DNA of 62,903 nucleotides, the filler included, from Asterionella formosa (taxonomy: Eukaryota): the NCBI GenBank assembly GCA_002256025.1. It is 18 parts of 18 records of this genome, joined end to end, with 100 filler letters (N's around TTAATTAATTAA, not from the genome) between each part and the next. Parts side by side here need not be neighbours in the genome. Positions count along the whole stretch, not along the records: positions 9,809 to 11,669 come from NKIB01000995.1; positions 11,770 to 41,362 come from NKIB01000996.1; 16 more parts are not named here. One strand, 5' to 3'. This document shows positions 9,809 through 22,133 of the stretch, one piece after another. The translations under genes were made by a program, and so were the position numbers. Every line of letters starts with the position of its first letter. The stretch's first letter is position 1. The notes under the pieces are model-generated. The model saw only the letters and a program-made list of their open reading frames with translations, searched no databases and had not been told where the DNA came from.

Positions 9809-11669
9809 TTTGGATGGACGGGAGCTCATATGAAACTACAATTTTACCAAGCATCTGAGATGCGTGACTGGATACTATTGGATAATCAATCAAGTGTCAC
9901 AGTCTTTTGCAATCCAAAAATGGTTAATAACATTCGAATGTCAACCAACGGAAGCATGCACCTGGCCACAAATGGTGGATCCATGGTAACTAATATGAAG
10001 GCTGATCTTCCAGAATGGGGAGAAGTATGGTTTAATGAAAAGGCAATCACAAACATCTTCAGTTATACCGAAATGGCAGATAGGTACAGAATTACCTATG
10101 ACTCTGAGAAAGAAGATGCATTCATTGTTCATTTGCCTGACAAAACAGTTCGATTTGAAAGAATTGGGATGAACTTATATGTTTTCAAGCCAAATACAAG
10201 AATGAGAGCGGAGAATGCTCAAATGTTAAATACACTTGAAGAAAACAAAACATTTTACACTGAACGTCAATTTCAGAGAGCTAAGCGAGCTCGTGATCTA
10301 TTTCATGCCTTGGGTACACCATCAATTAATGATTTCAAGGCAATAATTTGTATGAATACGATCAACAATAATCCAGTGACTACCGATGATATCAAAATTG
10401 CAGAGAAAATTTTTGGGCCTGACATCGGAACACTAAAAGGCAAGACAACTCGTCGCAAGCCGCTGCCAGTCGTGAACGACTACATCGAGATTCCTAAGGA
10501 GCTTATTCAAGCTCAACGCGAAGTGACTCTTTGCATGGACGGAATGAAAGTCAATGGACAATCATTTCTCACAACAATTTCTCGAAACATTATGTATAGG
10601 ACAGCGCAATGGGTCAAGAATCAGACAGCTGAAGTCTATCGAGATGCTTTGATTCAAGTATTCCGTGTTTATAATACCGGAGGATTTAAAATTACAACAA
10701 TCCACTGTGACAACGAGTTTCGACCTTTGATGGAACAAATTTCCAATGAATTTCAAGTCACTATGAACTACGCAAACCCACAAGAACATGTTCCCGAAGC
10801 GGAGCGAAATAATCGAGTGATTAAAGAACGCGTGCGCGCAGCTTATCATCGATTACCTTTCAAACATTTGCCGCGACTGATGATTAAGATTCTAGTGACA
10901 GAATCTGCAAGGAAACTGAATTTTTTTCCGGCAAAGAATGGGATATCCCCATATTACAGTCCTCGTATGATTTTACATCAACGAAACCTGGACTATGCTC
11001 GACATTGCCAGTATACATTTGGCACTTATGTCCAAGCACATGAAGAACCTGTGTTTTCAAACACAAATGCACCTCGCAGCCTAGATTGCATTTTTCTACG
11101 CTACAATGACAATGTGCAAGGAGGTCATGAATTGTTACACCTACCTACAAATTCATTGATCACTAGACGAACAATTACTCCTCTACCACTTACCCCAGCA
11201 ATCATGAATCAAGTACACGCCCTTGCTGTGCAGGAAAATATGCCAGATGGTCTCAAGATAGCAAATCGAACGGGGCAACTATTTTATGATAGTGCTTGGA
11301 TTGCAGGAGTGGATTATGATAATGAAGCATTTGAAGATGCACAAGATGAAGATTATGAAGATCAAGATGCTAGTGACAACGAAAGCAATGATGAAATTCT
11401 TGGAGAAGAAGACTATGACGAAATGACTCCGGATGAAATATATGAAGCAGAACAGCTCGAATTAAATGACAATACTCAAGAGGATGACCCTGAACCTGAC
11501 GAGGGCAACAATGAGAATAATATTGAAATGAATTCAGATGAAATCCAAGATGAGGATGAAGAGCCAGCAAATGAAACTGAAAATGAAGAGGCAATGTTAG
11601 AAGTCAATCCAAGCACTCAGGATGACTCAGACCCAAATGTTAGAACTACAAGGTCTGGAAGAGTCTCAA
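9809..11669 (+). mobile_element. Ty1/copia (diatom CoDi-like) pol fragment, protease to integrase, with an uninterrupted ORF; truncated at both contig ends
   Basis: WILLDNQS protease motif; integrase D (LCMDG), D (IHCDNEF) and E (HVPEAERNNR); acidic linker; RTTRSGRVS. Highly similar to the reverse complement of about 18620-20480. Confidence 0.93.
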
Positions 11670-11769
11670 NNNNNNNNNNNNNNNNNNNNNNNNNNNNNNN
11701 NNNNNNNNNNNNNTTAATTAATTAANNNNNNNNNNNNNNNNNNNNNNNNNNNNNNNNNNNNNNNNNNNN

Positions 11770-12390
11770 CGAAATCTTCAGCATCAACATCCATTTCTAC
11801 TTTCTCAATTGAAGTAGATGATGAACCTTTGTTTACCTGTTCCCTCAATCATCCAATTTTGGCAGACAATATTCAATATCCTCTGGAATATTACTCAATA
11901 CATGATAGACAATTGCTGGATATACAATTGATTCTCAATCAAACAACTCATCTCATTCTCAATCAACAAACCAAACACATCTGTTAAATTTTCCCTCTAT
12001 CAATTTTCATCATATACATTTCATGTATTTTGTAAAGAATCCAGGAGATACTTGACGTATTGTTATTCCTACATCACTATCGAATCCTATGGTACAGTTA
12101 CTTTTCAACAAACTATGCATACAACGGAACGAATTAATATCCATTACATCAAACCTTTTCAAAGGTAAAAGGTTTTCCCTTGGTGTGGGAGAGTGAGCGA
12201 TCTTGCGCATCAATACAGATGTATATAGGGTTAGTGTTATATCATATATGTATCAGAACTCAATAATGAGAGAACTCGACTAACCCTCATTGTATACTTT
12301 GGTGTCGACTTGGAGAACGAGTTACACACAAGGATTAACAAATAAGCTCATATATTCAACAAATACTACTACTTCTAGTTAGATACTTCA
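11770..12390 (+). mobile_element. Internally deleted Ty3/gypsy remnant with a putative polypurine tract and 3' LTR
   Basis: 11770 to about 12090 matches the reverse complement of about 6180-6465. It then jumps to an integrase C-terminus (GTVTFQQ..ERINIHYIKPF-stop), a purine tract GGGAGAG and a TGAG...TTCA segment at 12194-12390. Confidence 0.7.
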
Positions 12391-12956
12391 CCAGGTACCA
12401 GGGTACACAGGAGTATTGTACCTGGTGCGGTACCGGTCTCGGTATACTCCTTACTACGCAAAATAAAATGTGATGACCGCCTCGTCGCCTGCCTGCTGGA
12501 GATCAACAATGACTTTGTTATTGTGCGTGGGTGTGGGTGTGGTTGCCCTATCGTAAATACACACCAGCACCATCTAAAACTATCGCCGTAGTAGTGTGTC
12601 CAGGCACTCCTCCATTAGCAGGTACTCTGTAACCCTGCAATAATGTATAGCTTCTACGTATAAATAAATCGATTGATTTACCGGTATGTGCTATGTATGA
12701 GCAATACTGTACGACCATGGCACCGGTACCAGGACCACTCCGCCCCTGGTACCTGGTACCAGGGTCCCTGTCACCGGTACCTGGTAGTAATACACTGTGA
12801 TCACCAGTAATCAACAGCCTTTGCTTATTATTTTAGCCACCTGCATCACGATGTACACAGTACCTGGTACCTGGTACTTGGTAGTGAGTGATCTAATCCC
12901 ATCCTTAATTAATGTTCCTGCTTTGCAAGGCAACTAAATATCACAAAATTGTTGCA

Positions 12957-15089
12957 ATGGACTTTTCTACAGCTGAGCGCTCTCTGGAGTCGCTTGGGCG
13001 CCGCCGCCCTCCTCTGGAAGACGGACTCGTGCAGCTTTCCGTCAGCCTGTTGGCAAAGGACTGCTGCGAAGATGCACGTGTCGATGGAATCCTGACTCTT
13101 GTGCAGGAAACTCTCTCCACTCGTTGGGAGGCTCTTGCCGTGGGCATCTTCCTGGCAACGGAACTTGTATTACAGCACTTGGATACTGGGGAGACGATTT
13201 ACGTTGATGGTCCCCGTGTTCCGACTGTTCGAAAGGAAGAACACGAAACAGTCGCCAAGAAGCTGCACGTTTCCGAAGCTGATTTACTTCGCCTTTCGCA
13301 AGCACTCTTGACAGCAGCCACGGCTCATTTGGAACACCCCGAACCCCGTATTCGAACACTTGTCGCCAAAGCAGTCGGAGCCCTGGTCACACTTAGTGTC
13401 ACTCAAGCCAACCTGAATGTGTTACCCTTGTATGACCATATCGTCGAGTCCCTGTACAAGCACCTGGATCAAGGTCGCGACACTGAAAGCAAGCACTCAC
13501 AGACTTCCACTGGGGCCTTGGATGACACTACTGGTTGGCGTGCTCTAGAAACCAATTGGCAAGGCCTAGCGAGCTATATTGGCGGCCTTGGGAATGCGTT
13601 CTTCGCTCGTCATGAGTTGACCCCTAGCCTATTAGAGGCATGTGAGTACTCTTGCGTGACTCATGTCAACCGACATGTGCGGGCTGCAGCCATTGTTGTC
13701 TTGGAACAGTGGATCACTGTTGCTCCAACAAACTTGTTGATGGAATCACGTCTTCGGACCACTATGGTTGACGTCTTGAAGGTGACACTCGGCGACAATT
13801 GGTCTCAAGTTAGGATGGCCGCGAGTGTCCTCAACCGAAAATTTTGGATGGTTTTGCAGGAGAAACTCCCGGAGGAAGACTGGAACACATCAGAGCTCTA
13901 TCCCGCCTTACTTCCTAGGATGTGTCTTAATCGATTCTATTTGGCTCAAGGCGTCAAGCTATACTCTCTTGAGACTTGGAAGATTGTCTTCGCGAGTGGA
14001 AATGGTTTGCAGGCTGTAGCAGCCACCACAGGTGCCGTCTGTCGGTATTATGTCAAAATGTGCGATGCTGACAATCACGCTGTGAGAGAAGCTGCCTGCC
14101 AAGCTGTGGCTGAGCTTGCTGAGAAAATCGGTACCCACCCGGAATATGGCGAGTGTCTCAGTCCATTTGTTCCCACTCTCTTGCAAGCCCTGTTGATGTG
14201 CTTTCACGATGAATCTTGGCCTGTTCGTGATGAAGCATGTTTGGCATGTGGAAAGTTCTGCAAAGCTTATCCTCAGGAATGTCTTCCAGAACTTGCTACT
14301 TTAAAAACTCGTTGGTACGAACAGCTAACTGATCAAATTTGGAGTGTTCGGCAAGATGCAGCAGTTGCCATTGGAGACGCTGTTGTTGCCTACCCCTCTA
14401 TGATGGATGAAGTCTTGCAATTTGTCAAGGATAAGCTCCCTTCTGCTCGTGATCAGCCTCCAATGAGCAAGGAAGCTTTCAAGAATCATGTTAATGATGC
14501 TGAAATGCATACTGATCTGCAGCTATATTCATGTGGATCTCTTGCACCCAAGCTACGTAAGGGAGGAGCTGGTCGCATTGGGTGTTCCTCATGTGGAATC
14601 TCACGACCCAAAGCACCATGGGAAGCAACAGATGGGTGCATTTATTTGCTACGCGAATTAATCCTTCTTGACAAACTGGATGATGAAGCACTTATGCCAC
14701 TCATGCAAGAGTTAGCAGATGTTTGTAGAGTGAAACATTTCCCGCAAGGTGATGATTTGAGAACCACCCTATGGAAGCAGCTTCCGGTCATGGCTTCGGC
14801 TTTGGGCAAGCAAAAGTTCAAACGCCTTTATTTGGACATGTTTATGGATTTGCTCTTTGGCACGCTCGATGATAGAACAGCCTCTGGCCTTTCAAAACAT
14901 GCCGCCGGACAGTGTGCAGAAGATTTGAGCCACTTGGTTGGATCTGGAATCTTTACGGGTCGTCTTGATGAATACCAGAGAGAATTATTTGCTCTTGTGA
15001 TTCAAGAGCGTCAAGCAATGCCTAAAGGTCCCATGTTTGATGTTCTATCACCATTTAGTCCTCCAGGCTTTGCTGAGTCAATTCAGTGA
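12957..15089 (+). CDS. HEAT/ARM-repeat protein
   Basis: Intact single-exon ORF with repeated HEAT motifs (HPEPRIR, NRHVRAAA, DNWSQVRMAAS, DNHAVREAAC, DESWPVRDEAC, DQIWSVRQDAA) and a Cys-rich YSCGSLAPKL..GCSSC segment. An upstream in-frame ATG lies at 12912. Confidence 0.88.
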   Translation: MDFSTAERSLESLGRRRPPLEDGLVQLSVSLLAKDCCEDARVDGILTLVQETLSTRWEALAVGIFLATELVLQHLDTGETIYVDGPRVPTVRKEEHETVAKKLHVSEADLLRLSQALLTAATAHLEHPEPRIRTLVAKAVGALVTLSVTQANLNVLPLYDHIVESLYKHLDQGRDTESKHSQTSTGALDDTTGWRALETNWQGLASYIGGLGNAFFARHELTPSLLEACEYSCVTHVNRHVRAAAIVVLEQWITVAPTNLLMESRLRTTMVDVLKVTLGDNWSQVRMAASVLNRKFWMVLQEKLPEEDWNTSELYPALLPRMCLNRFYLAQGVKLYSLETWKIVFASGNGLQAVAATTGAVCRYYVKMCDADNHAVREAACQAVAELAEKIGTHPEYGECLSPFVPTLLQALLMCFHDESWPVRDEACLACGKFCKAYPQECLPELATLKTRWYEQLTDQIWSVRQDAAVAIGDAVVAYPSMMDEVLQFVKDKLPSARDQPPMSKEAFKNHVNDAEMHTDLQLYSCGSLAPKLRKGGAGRIGCSSCGISRPKAPWEATDGCIYLLRELILLDKLDDEALMPLMQELADVCRVKHFPQGDDLRTTLWKQLPVMASALGKQKFKRLYLDMFMDLLFGTLDDRTASGLSKHAAGQCAEDLSHLVGSGIFTGRLDEYQRELFALVIQERQAMPKGPMFDVLSPFSPPGFAESIQ

Positions 15090-16189
15090 GGCCATCCGTT
15101 TATTCAAAGAGGGTAGTAGGTTTAGAATTTCTTGAACTATCCACATTAGCCACAGAATATCAAAGTAGAAAACTTCAAATACAAACCATGTCTACTGATA
15201 AATCATATTGGTGAATTTGGCAGTTCTATATACTGGAATATGTGTCTCATAAAAATGCTTCATTCAACATGTCAAAATCAGCCTTTCACTTGCATCACAT
15301 ATCAGTGTATCAAGGCACACCTACAACAAAGCTCGTAGTCAAAATGTTCCTTTTCTGGGTTTGTTTTTAAAGCTACAACTTGTTTTGCTAGTTTCCCTGA
15401 GTCTTTGATGAGGGCAGTTGGTAAAACCTATAATACTTCTGAGGCTATTACATAATATTCATCAGTCAACATTGATTCGATACCCCAAAAAATCAATTAA
15501 GACGACTAAGCTAGTGACCCTCCAGTGACCATGGTGGTAGCATTTGCAACCAAATGAATTTAAGGCTTACATATCTGTCTACATGGATAAATGAAAGGCA
15601 ATGCTATCAACAGGCGAGTTATTTGTCAACCAGATGGATCTTTGGATCATTTGTTCGATTTAGCATCATTTTTAATCCCTAATTACATTCCAATGCAGCA
15701 GTCATGTGCGGTTATTGTTTCAAAATTAAGTACATTCATATGTTGTATCCATTATTTCAGGATTTCAAGATCTGGCAAACAGACTTGATTCTCGATGACA
15801 ATGCTTTGAAGCTTTATAAATTCCTTGCTGACACTCATAAGCATCATGTCTACTTGTTGGCCAAGCTTGGCTTTAAAACGCCGAACAGACCTTCAACATG
15901 AAAATCTTGTGGACTTTCAACTTCCTGGTGATGCCCCACCACGCCTCTTTATTTAAGGCCGGAAGAATTCTAGCTAATCTAGATGTTGAAAGTTATATTA
16001 ACTCCGGGTGACATTGAGAGTCTAATACTGAGTCAAATCATGAAATGTCTTGTTGGATTAAAATTGGGATTGAAAGGTTGTTGGATTAGAAGTCTTGAAT
16101 TGTATTTGGTAAGATTGAATTTGGCAGGATTAAGTTTGGCAGGACTGGTTTAGCATGGTTGATAGTTAGAGGAGTGTGAGACTTGTTCC

Positions 16190-17070
16190 AACATTCGATG
16201 GAGATCACAAGAATTTTCATATGTGGAATACTCGATTTAGAGCATTTGCCACAGTTTGCCGAATGCCCGAGACATTAACCCCAAAGGCCATGATGCCAGC
16301 AAGAGAAAATGAGATGCATGACTGATGAAACAACTGAGGTTTGCAAGTTGAAAGTATTGGCCATCAGAAGAAATGGTGTCGTAGCTAGCTATGGCAAATC
16401 TGTCAATGGCATTCACATCTGAAAAAGGAAAAATGGGATTGGTGTACAAGGCGATGACTCCAGAGTGGCCTGGTGGGCTTGCTTATTTGGTTGTGGAAGC
16501 TCTGAACAAGAAGTATCGCCCTCAAGGCACAATTACAAGAGTTAAGCTCAGGTAGAAGCTCTATAAAGTGGATATGAAGAAAAAATCAAGACCCTGCTAC
16601 ATTATTTGAGCAGGTGAGTAGTATTGAGAATCAATAAAATGCTCCAGGGTCATCCTTGATGCAGCGCGAGAAGAATATCATGCATTACTTGCTTATGTCG
16701 GAATACAGGCTTCATGGCAATAATCTAGCTTCAAATGATTTGGAGACTAGCTTTGATGAATCAATTTTGGAGGCAAGGGAAAACCCACAAGACCAATGAT
16801 GGCAATGATGCTGCTGAAATATCATTGAGTGCATTTGGAAGTGTTATTTCCAGAATAAGGGGCATACAGCCAATAAGTTCCCAGAAAAATAGAACAAAGC
16901 TGGAGAAGGAACACATAAAGAAAATGGTGAAAAGCTCAATGGAAGATTTCATAACTGCCTGTGGAAAAGTTGGGCACAAAGAAGCCAATTGTTGGGAAAA
17001 GGAAGAGCACAAACATAAAAAGCCAGAGGGTTTAAAGTGCAGAAGTGCAGAGACTGCAGTTGATAAATGA
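16190..17070 (+). mobile_element. Decayed Ty1/copia gag from a second family
   Basis: Pieces FDGDHKNFHMWNTRFRAFA, MANLSMAF, EWPGGLAYLVVEALNKKYRP, DPATLFEQVSSIEN and a zinc knuckle CGKVGHKEANCW, with several stops and frameshifts. Confidence 0.75.
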
Positions 17071-20000
17071 AAATGACATTTGTAGTCACCTTAAGTCATC
17101 GTGCTTCAAAAAAAAGTCCACAAAACCTTTGAGATAATGTCATCAACACCAACCAATTCTGCTTCAGTCGAACTTACAGTGTTCACTTTCTGTTACGTGG
17201 ACATAGAACAAATAATTCCGTCGCCAAGTGACAATGTGGCTCCAGTATGACTTTTAAAATCTTTGTGTACTGCAAAAGCCGCATCAATGTACTATTTAAT
17301 GCTCAGAGTGTCATCAGCACTCATAGATTCAACCTCATTCTGAGTTGCTTTCAAGAAATTCGTTATCTTGTCAAATTTTGCGCAATCGCCTTCATTCGGT
17401 TCAGTAGTTTGGGTTGACAGAAATGCAATTCCTGGTTGAATGTCCTGTCTTCCTCGCTTACATAGGAACATTCCTTTCATAACAAAAGTATGAAATATTT
17501 TTGCTTTTTCATATTCAAGCTTCTTTGATTTTGTATCAACTGTGAACAATTTATCTGTCCATGGGAATTTCCCAACACCTTCAAGTTTGTCTGGAAAATC
17601 ATCAATCATTGATTTCACATATTTGGTCATGCCCACCCTCAACACTCCTGGAAGAGAGTAATCTAGTGTCATCGCCAAAGAATCATGCTTCTTTCCACGC
17701 ATAACCTTGACTTCACCAATTTCGTCAAAAGCGTATTTCTTTTTGAGCCATTCCAAAAATTGATCATTCACTTTGCTGTCACGTGACTAGATTTCAAATC
17801 GTCTACGTGCCAAGTAACTGTGTGCTGTTTGCCATTAACAATGCGATTTGCAACACATGGATCATATGGGTTTACCTTGAATCCAATTGACTCAATATCC
17901 TTCCGAAATTTCTTATAATATAATAATGATGACTGTAACATGCCATATAATGCCTTGATCATCCTAACATATAGGACCTTGTTGTTCCCTTCATAAACAA
18001 CATATTTTTCATAAGTCTCGGGGCTGAGTTCTGTCAACATATTGACAAGTAAACCTCTAATCTTCATAATGATTCGTTCCCCTTTTTCTTTCTCATCGAT
18101 ATCCACTTGCACAAATGCATTGGGTATATCTGCAGTCATAACATCGCGATTTTGCTTCGCATCAATTGTTGCTGTTATCATAACAGATTCAGTCATGGTA
18201 GTTGGACTAGCTGCTTCATCTCTTTCCATGTATTCACGTTGCGAACTGCCATTGGCACATGCTCTGCCTTTAATGCTCTTGTCTCTCTTTTCAACCAAAA
18301 AATTAGAATTTCCATTGCACGGCGCTTTTCAATATCGGTTAGGTCTTCAATCCTAATCGGTTCAAATACAACTCTATCATGTAGTTGTTTCATTTCTTTA
18401 TACACAGCGTCTCTTCCTTTCTGTCCAAATTTCTTGAGGCCTTTTCTTAAGCTGTATGACTGAACAAAGTGAAATAATTCTTTATCGATACACATCTCAT
18501 TCATATAACACATTGTCATTGCGATCACTTTCGCGTTATCAGTCGTGTATTCTTCTCGACAGTGTGCTTGTTGGGTATGCAAATGATTTTGGACCATAGT
18601 TAGTTTAGACGGTGGTCTTGAGACTCTTCCAGACCTTGTAGTTCTAACATTTGGGTCTGTGTCATCCTGAGTGCTTGGATTGACTTCTAACATTGCCTCT
18701 TCATTTTCAGTTTCATTTACTGGTTCTTCATCCTCAAATTGGATTTCATCTGCATTCGTTTCAACATTATTTTCATTGTTACCCTCAGGCTCAGGGTCAT
18801 CCTCTTGGATATTTTTGTTTAGTTCGAGCTGTTCCGCTTCATATATTTCATTCGGAGTCATTTCATCATAGTCTTCTTCTCCGAGAATTTCATCATTGCT
18901 TTCGTCGTCACTGGCGTGTTGATCTTCATAATCTTCGTCTGGTGCATCTTCAAATGCTTCATTATCATGATCCACTCCTGCAATCCAAGCACTACCATAA
19001 AAAAGTTGTCCCGTTCGATTTGATATCTTGAGACCATCTGGCATATTTTCTTGCACAGCAAGGGCATGTACTTGATTCATGATTGCTGGGGTAAGTGGTA
19101 AAGGAGTAACTGTTCGTCTAGTGATCAATGAATTTGTAGATAGGTGTAATAATTCATGACCTCCTTGCACGTTGTCATTGTAGCGTAGATAAATGCAATC
19201 TAGGCTGCGTGGTGCATTAGTGTTTGAAAACATAGGTTCTTCATGTGCTTCTTGGACTAGACATAAGTGCCAAATGCATACTGGCAATGTTGAGCATAGT
19301 CCAGGTTTCGTTGATGTAAAATCATACGAGGACTGTAATACAGGGATATCCCGTTCTTTGCCGGAAAGAAATTCATTTTCTTTGCAGATTCTGTCACTAG
19401 AATCTTACTCATCAGTCGTGGCAAATGTTTGAAAGGTAATCGATGATAAGCTGCGCGCACGCATTCTTTAATCACTCGATTTTTTCGCTCCGCTTCAGGA
19501 ACATGTTCTTGTAGGTTTGCGTAGTTCAAAGTGACTTGAAATTCATTGGAAATTTGTTCCATCAAAGGTCGAAACTCATTGTCATAGTGGATTGTTGTAA
19601 TTTTAAATCCTCCGGTATTATAAACACGGAATACCTGAATCAAAGCATCTCGATAGACTTCAGCTGTCTGATTTTTGACCCATTGCGCTGTCCTATGCAT
19701 AATGTTTCGAGAAATTGTTGTGAGAAATGATTGTCCATTCACTTTCATTCCATCCATGCAAAGAATCACTTCGCGTTGTGCTTGGATAAGCTCCTTAGGA
19801 ATCTCGATGTAGTCGCTCACGACTGGAAGCGGCTTGCGACAAGTTGTCTTGCCTTTTTAGTGTTCTGAGCTTAGGTCCAAAAATTTTCTCTGCAATTTTG
19901 ATATCATCGGTAGTCACTGGATTATTTTTGATCATATTCATACAAATTATTGCCTTGAAATCATTAATTGATGGCGTACCCAAGGCATGAAATAGATCAC

Positions 20001-21984
20001 GAGCTCGCTTGGCTCTTTCAAATTGACACTCAGTGTAAAATGTTTTGTTTTCTTCAAGTGTATTAAACATTTGAGCATTCTCCGCCTTAATTGCTGTAAG
20101 AGGCTTGAAAACATATAATTCATCCCAATTCTTTTGAATCGAACTGGCTTGTCAGGCAAATGAACAATAAATGCATCTTCTTTCTCAGAGTATTAGGTAA
20201 TTCTGTACCTATCTGCCATTTCGGCATAACTGAAGATGTTTGTGATTGCCTTCTCATTAAACCATACTTCTCCCCATTTTGGAAGATCAGCCTTCATATT
20301 AGGGACCATGGATCCACCATTTGTGGCCAGGTGCAAGCTTCCATTTGTTGACATTCGAATGTTTTCAACCATTTTTGGATTGCAAAAGACTGTGACACTT
20401 GATTGATTATCTAATAGTATCCAGTCACGCATCTCAGATGCTTGGTAAAATTGTAGTTTCATATGAGCTCCCGCCCATCCAAATTGATCGACATTTGCTT
20501 GTTGTGAAGCTTGTGATGACGGTGGGTTGTTGGAATTAACAGAGGTAACTGTACTTGTGTCCGATGTAGTAGCCTGCTGTGCCTGTGCATGGCTTTGTTG
20601 GGCCTTGCTGATAGCCCATTCCTCTTTGGTTTATTCTTGTCTTGGCATGAAGGGGATTTGTGTCCTGCTCTACCACAACAGTAACATTTTCCCTCTAACT
20701 GTGCAAACAAAAAGTTTACATCTTCATCTTCCTTCCCTGCATCCTTTTGTTCTCTCTCTTTATTATGATCTCCTGGTTTCTTGTAGTTGGATTTATTTGT
20801 TACGTCGTTGCTGAGAACATTATTTGATTTGGTGATGGTCTTTGGGTATTGATCGTTGCCAAGTGATTCTTGAGTGTTCAGCCCGGTCATGATTGATCCA
20901 TTTTTGGCTTATCTGCATTATCGAGGTATAAATAGGCCTTAAATTGACCGAAAGCTTGTTCACGAAATTTATCTTGTTGCTTGATGTCGGTCTCGTTTTA
21001 TCCATCCATGGCTTCAACGAACTTGGTGAGGATAATGGGTTCTCCAATGCTGTGTTACTTGAGCGCACCTCGTGCCACACGAAATCTTTGGGTGTAGTCT
21101 TGTAGACTTTCTCCTTCCTTTTGCTTTGTGAATAAAAGCGTTCTCATTGCATCTAAAATGATCGACATAGAATATCGATTTTCTTGAAAATTTAGTGCGT
21201 GTTCTTTAATTGCCATAAGCAATGTTATTGGGTTATTTTTGATCCTATTGTAATTGGATCTCGCTTCAATCTTGTTCTTCATGGCTTTGTTGCATCTTTC
21301 CCAGAGCAACGCATATGCCTTGGTATTAATATTTTCTTAGGCCTGTACCCTTTTACTGTAGGTGTCATAGTCAGCCTTGAACTCAATCTCATATTGTCGA
21401 TTCTCTGCAGTGCGATCTTCTTCTGTTGTTGCAATGCTCACATGCATTCTTGGCTTCCATGCCAGTGTATTGGTTCTAATAACTCTAGTGCAGTTCCTAT
21501 GTCATTGCCATAGTCAAACACTTTCTTGATATGATTGATGAGGTACTCAGTAGTAGTCTCATAATCAGATGCCTGCTTCGATGATCCGAGGTAGTAATTA
21601 TAGTCATTAACTGGCTGACTTCTTGATTGAGTGAGAAGTAATATTGCTCCCTCCCTCCTTGGCTTGAAACTTGCCCTTGGCTTGAGCCTTCTTGGTAAAC
21701 TTTCCTTTGCGCCTTGTGCGTCTTCTTCAGACTCTGGATGGTCTGGTACTCTCAGATCTTGTCTCCGGACTCTCAACGGTCCACCTGTTGTTGATTGTGA
21801 TGTATGGCTCTCTCTGGCCGGCTAATTCTACTAAAACTGTTGAAATTGCACCTCAAAGCACTCTATGCTTTCTTGTACCCTTTAAGGACATGTCAGGGAC
21901 CAAATAGGCTGTAGATATGAACAAGGATGCTGCTGTAATCGATTGTAATCATTCCTAAGAGTTTTAGTAGAATTATGGGTTTCA
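17062..21984 (-). mobile_element. Ty1/copia (CoDi-like) retrotransposon with 5' LTR, gag, protease, integrase, RT and partial RNase H; multiply frameshifted, 3' end missing
   Basis: Gag knuckle CYCCGRAGHKSPSC; WILLDNQS; integrase core; RT motifs IKGRACANG, ADIPNAFVQ, KALYGMLQS and WHVDDLK; RNase H motifs YIDAAFAVH and SSTEAELVG. Domain order is copia-type (integrase before RT). Confidence 0.95.
21838..21984 (-). repeat. 5' LTR (~147 bp, TGAAA...TTTCAACA) of the copia element
   Basis: TG...CA termini directly upstream of gag. The 3' boundary is independently supported by the homologous fragment at 51258-51339, which diverges right after TTTCAACA. Confidence 0.8.
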
Positions 21985-22133
21985 CTGTTGGCGTAGATTG
22001 TTTTCGAATTCTGAATTTTCTCTGGTACCATACAGTATTCTTTTTGATTCATTCGATTCAATATGTAGTAGGTAATTTATACCGGGATTCTTCTTTCCTA
22101 AAATAATTTCTCCAACATCAGTGGAATCTGCTT

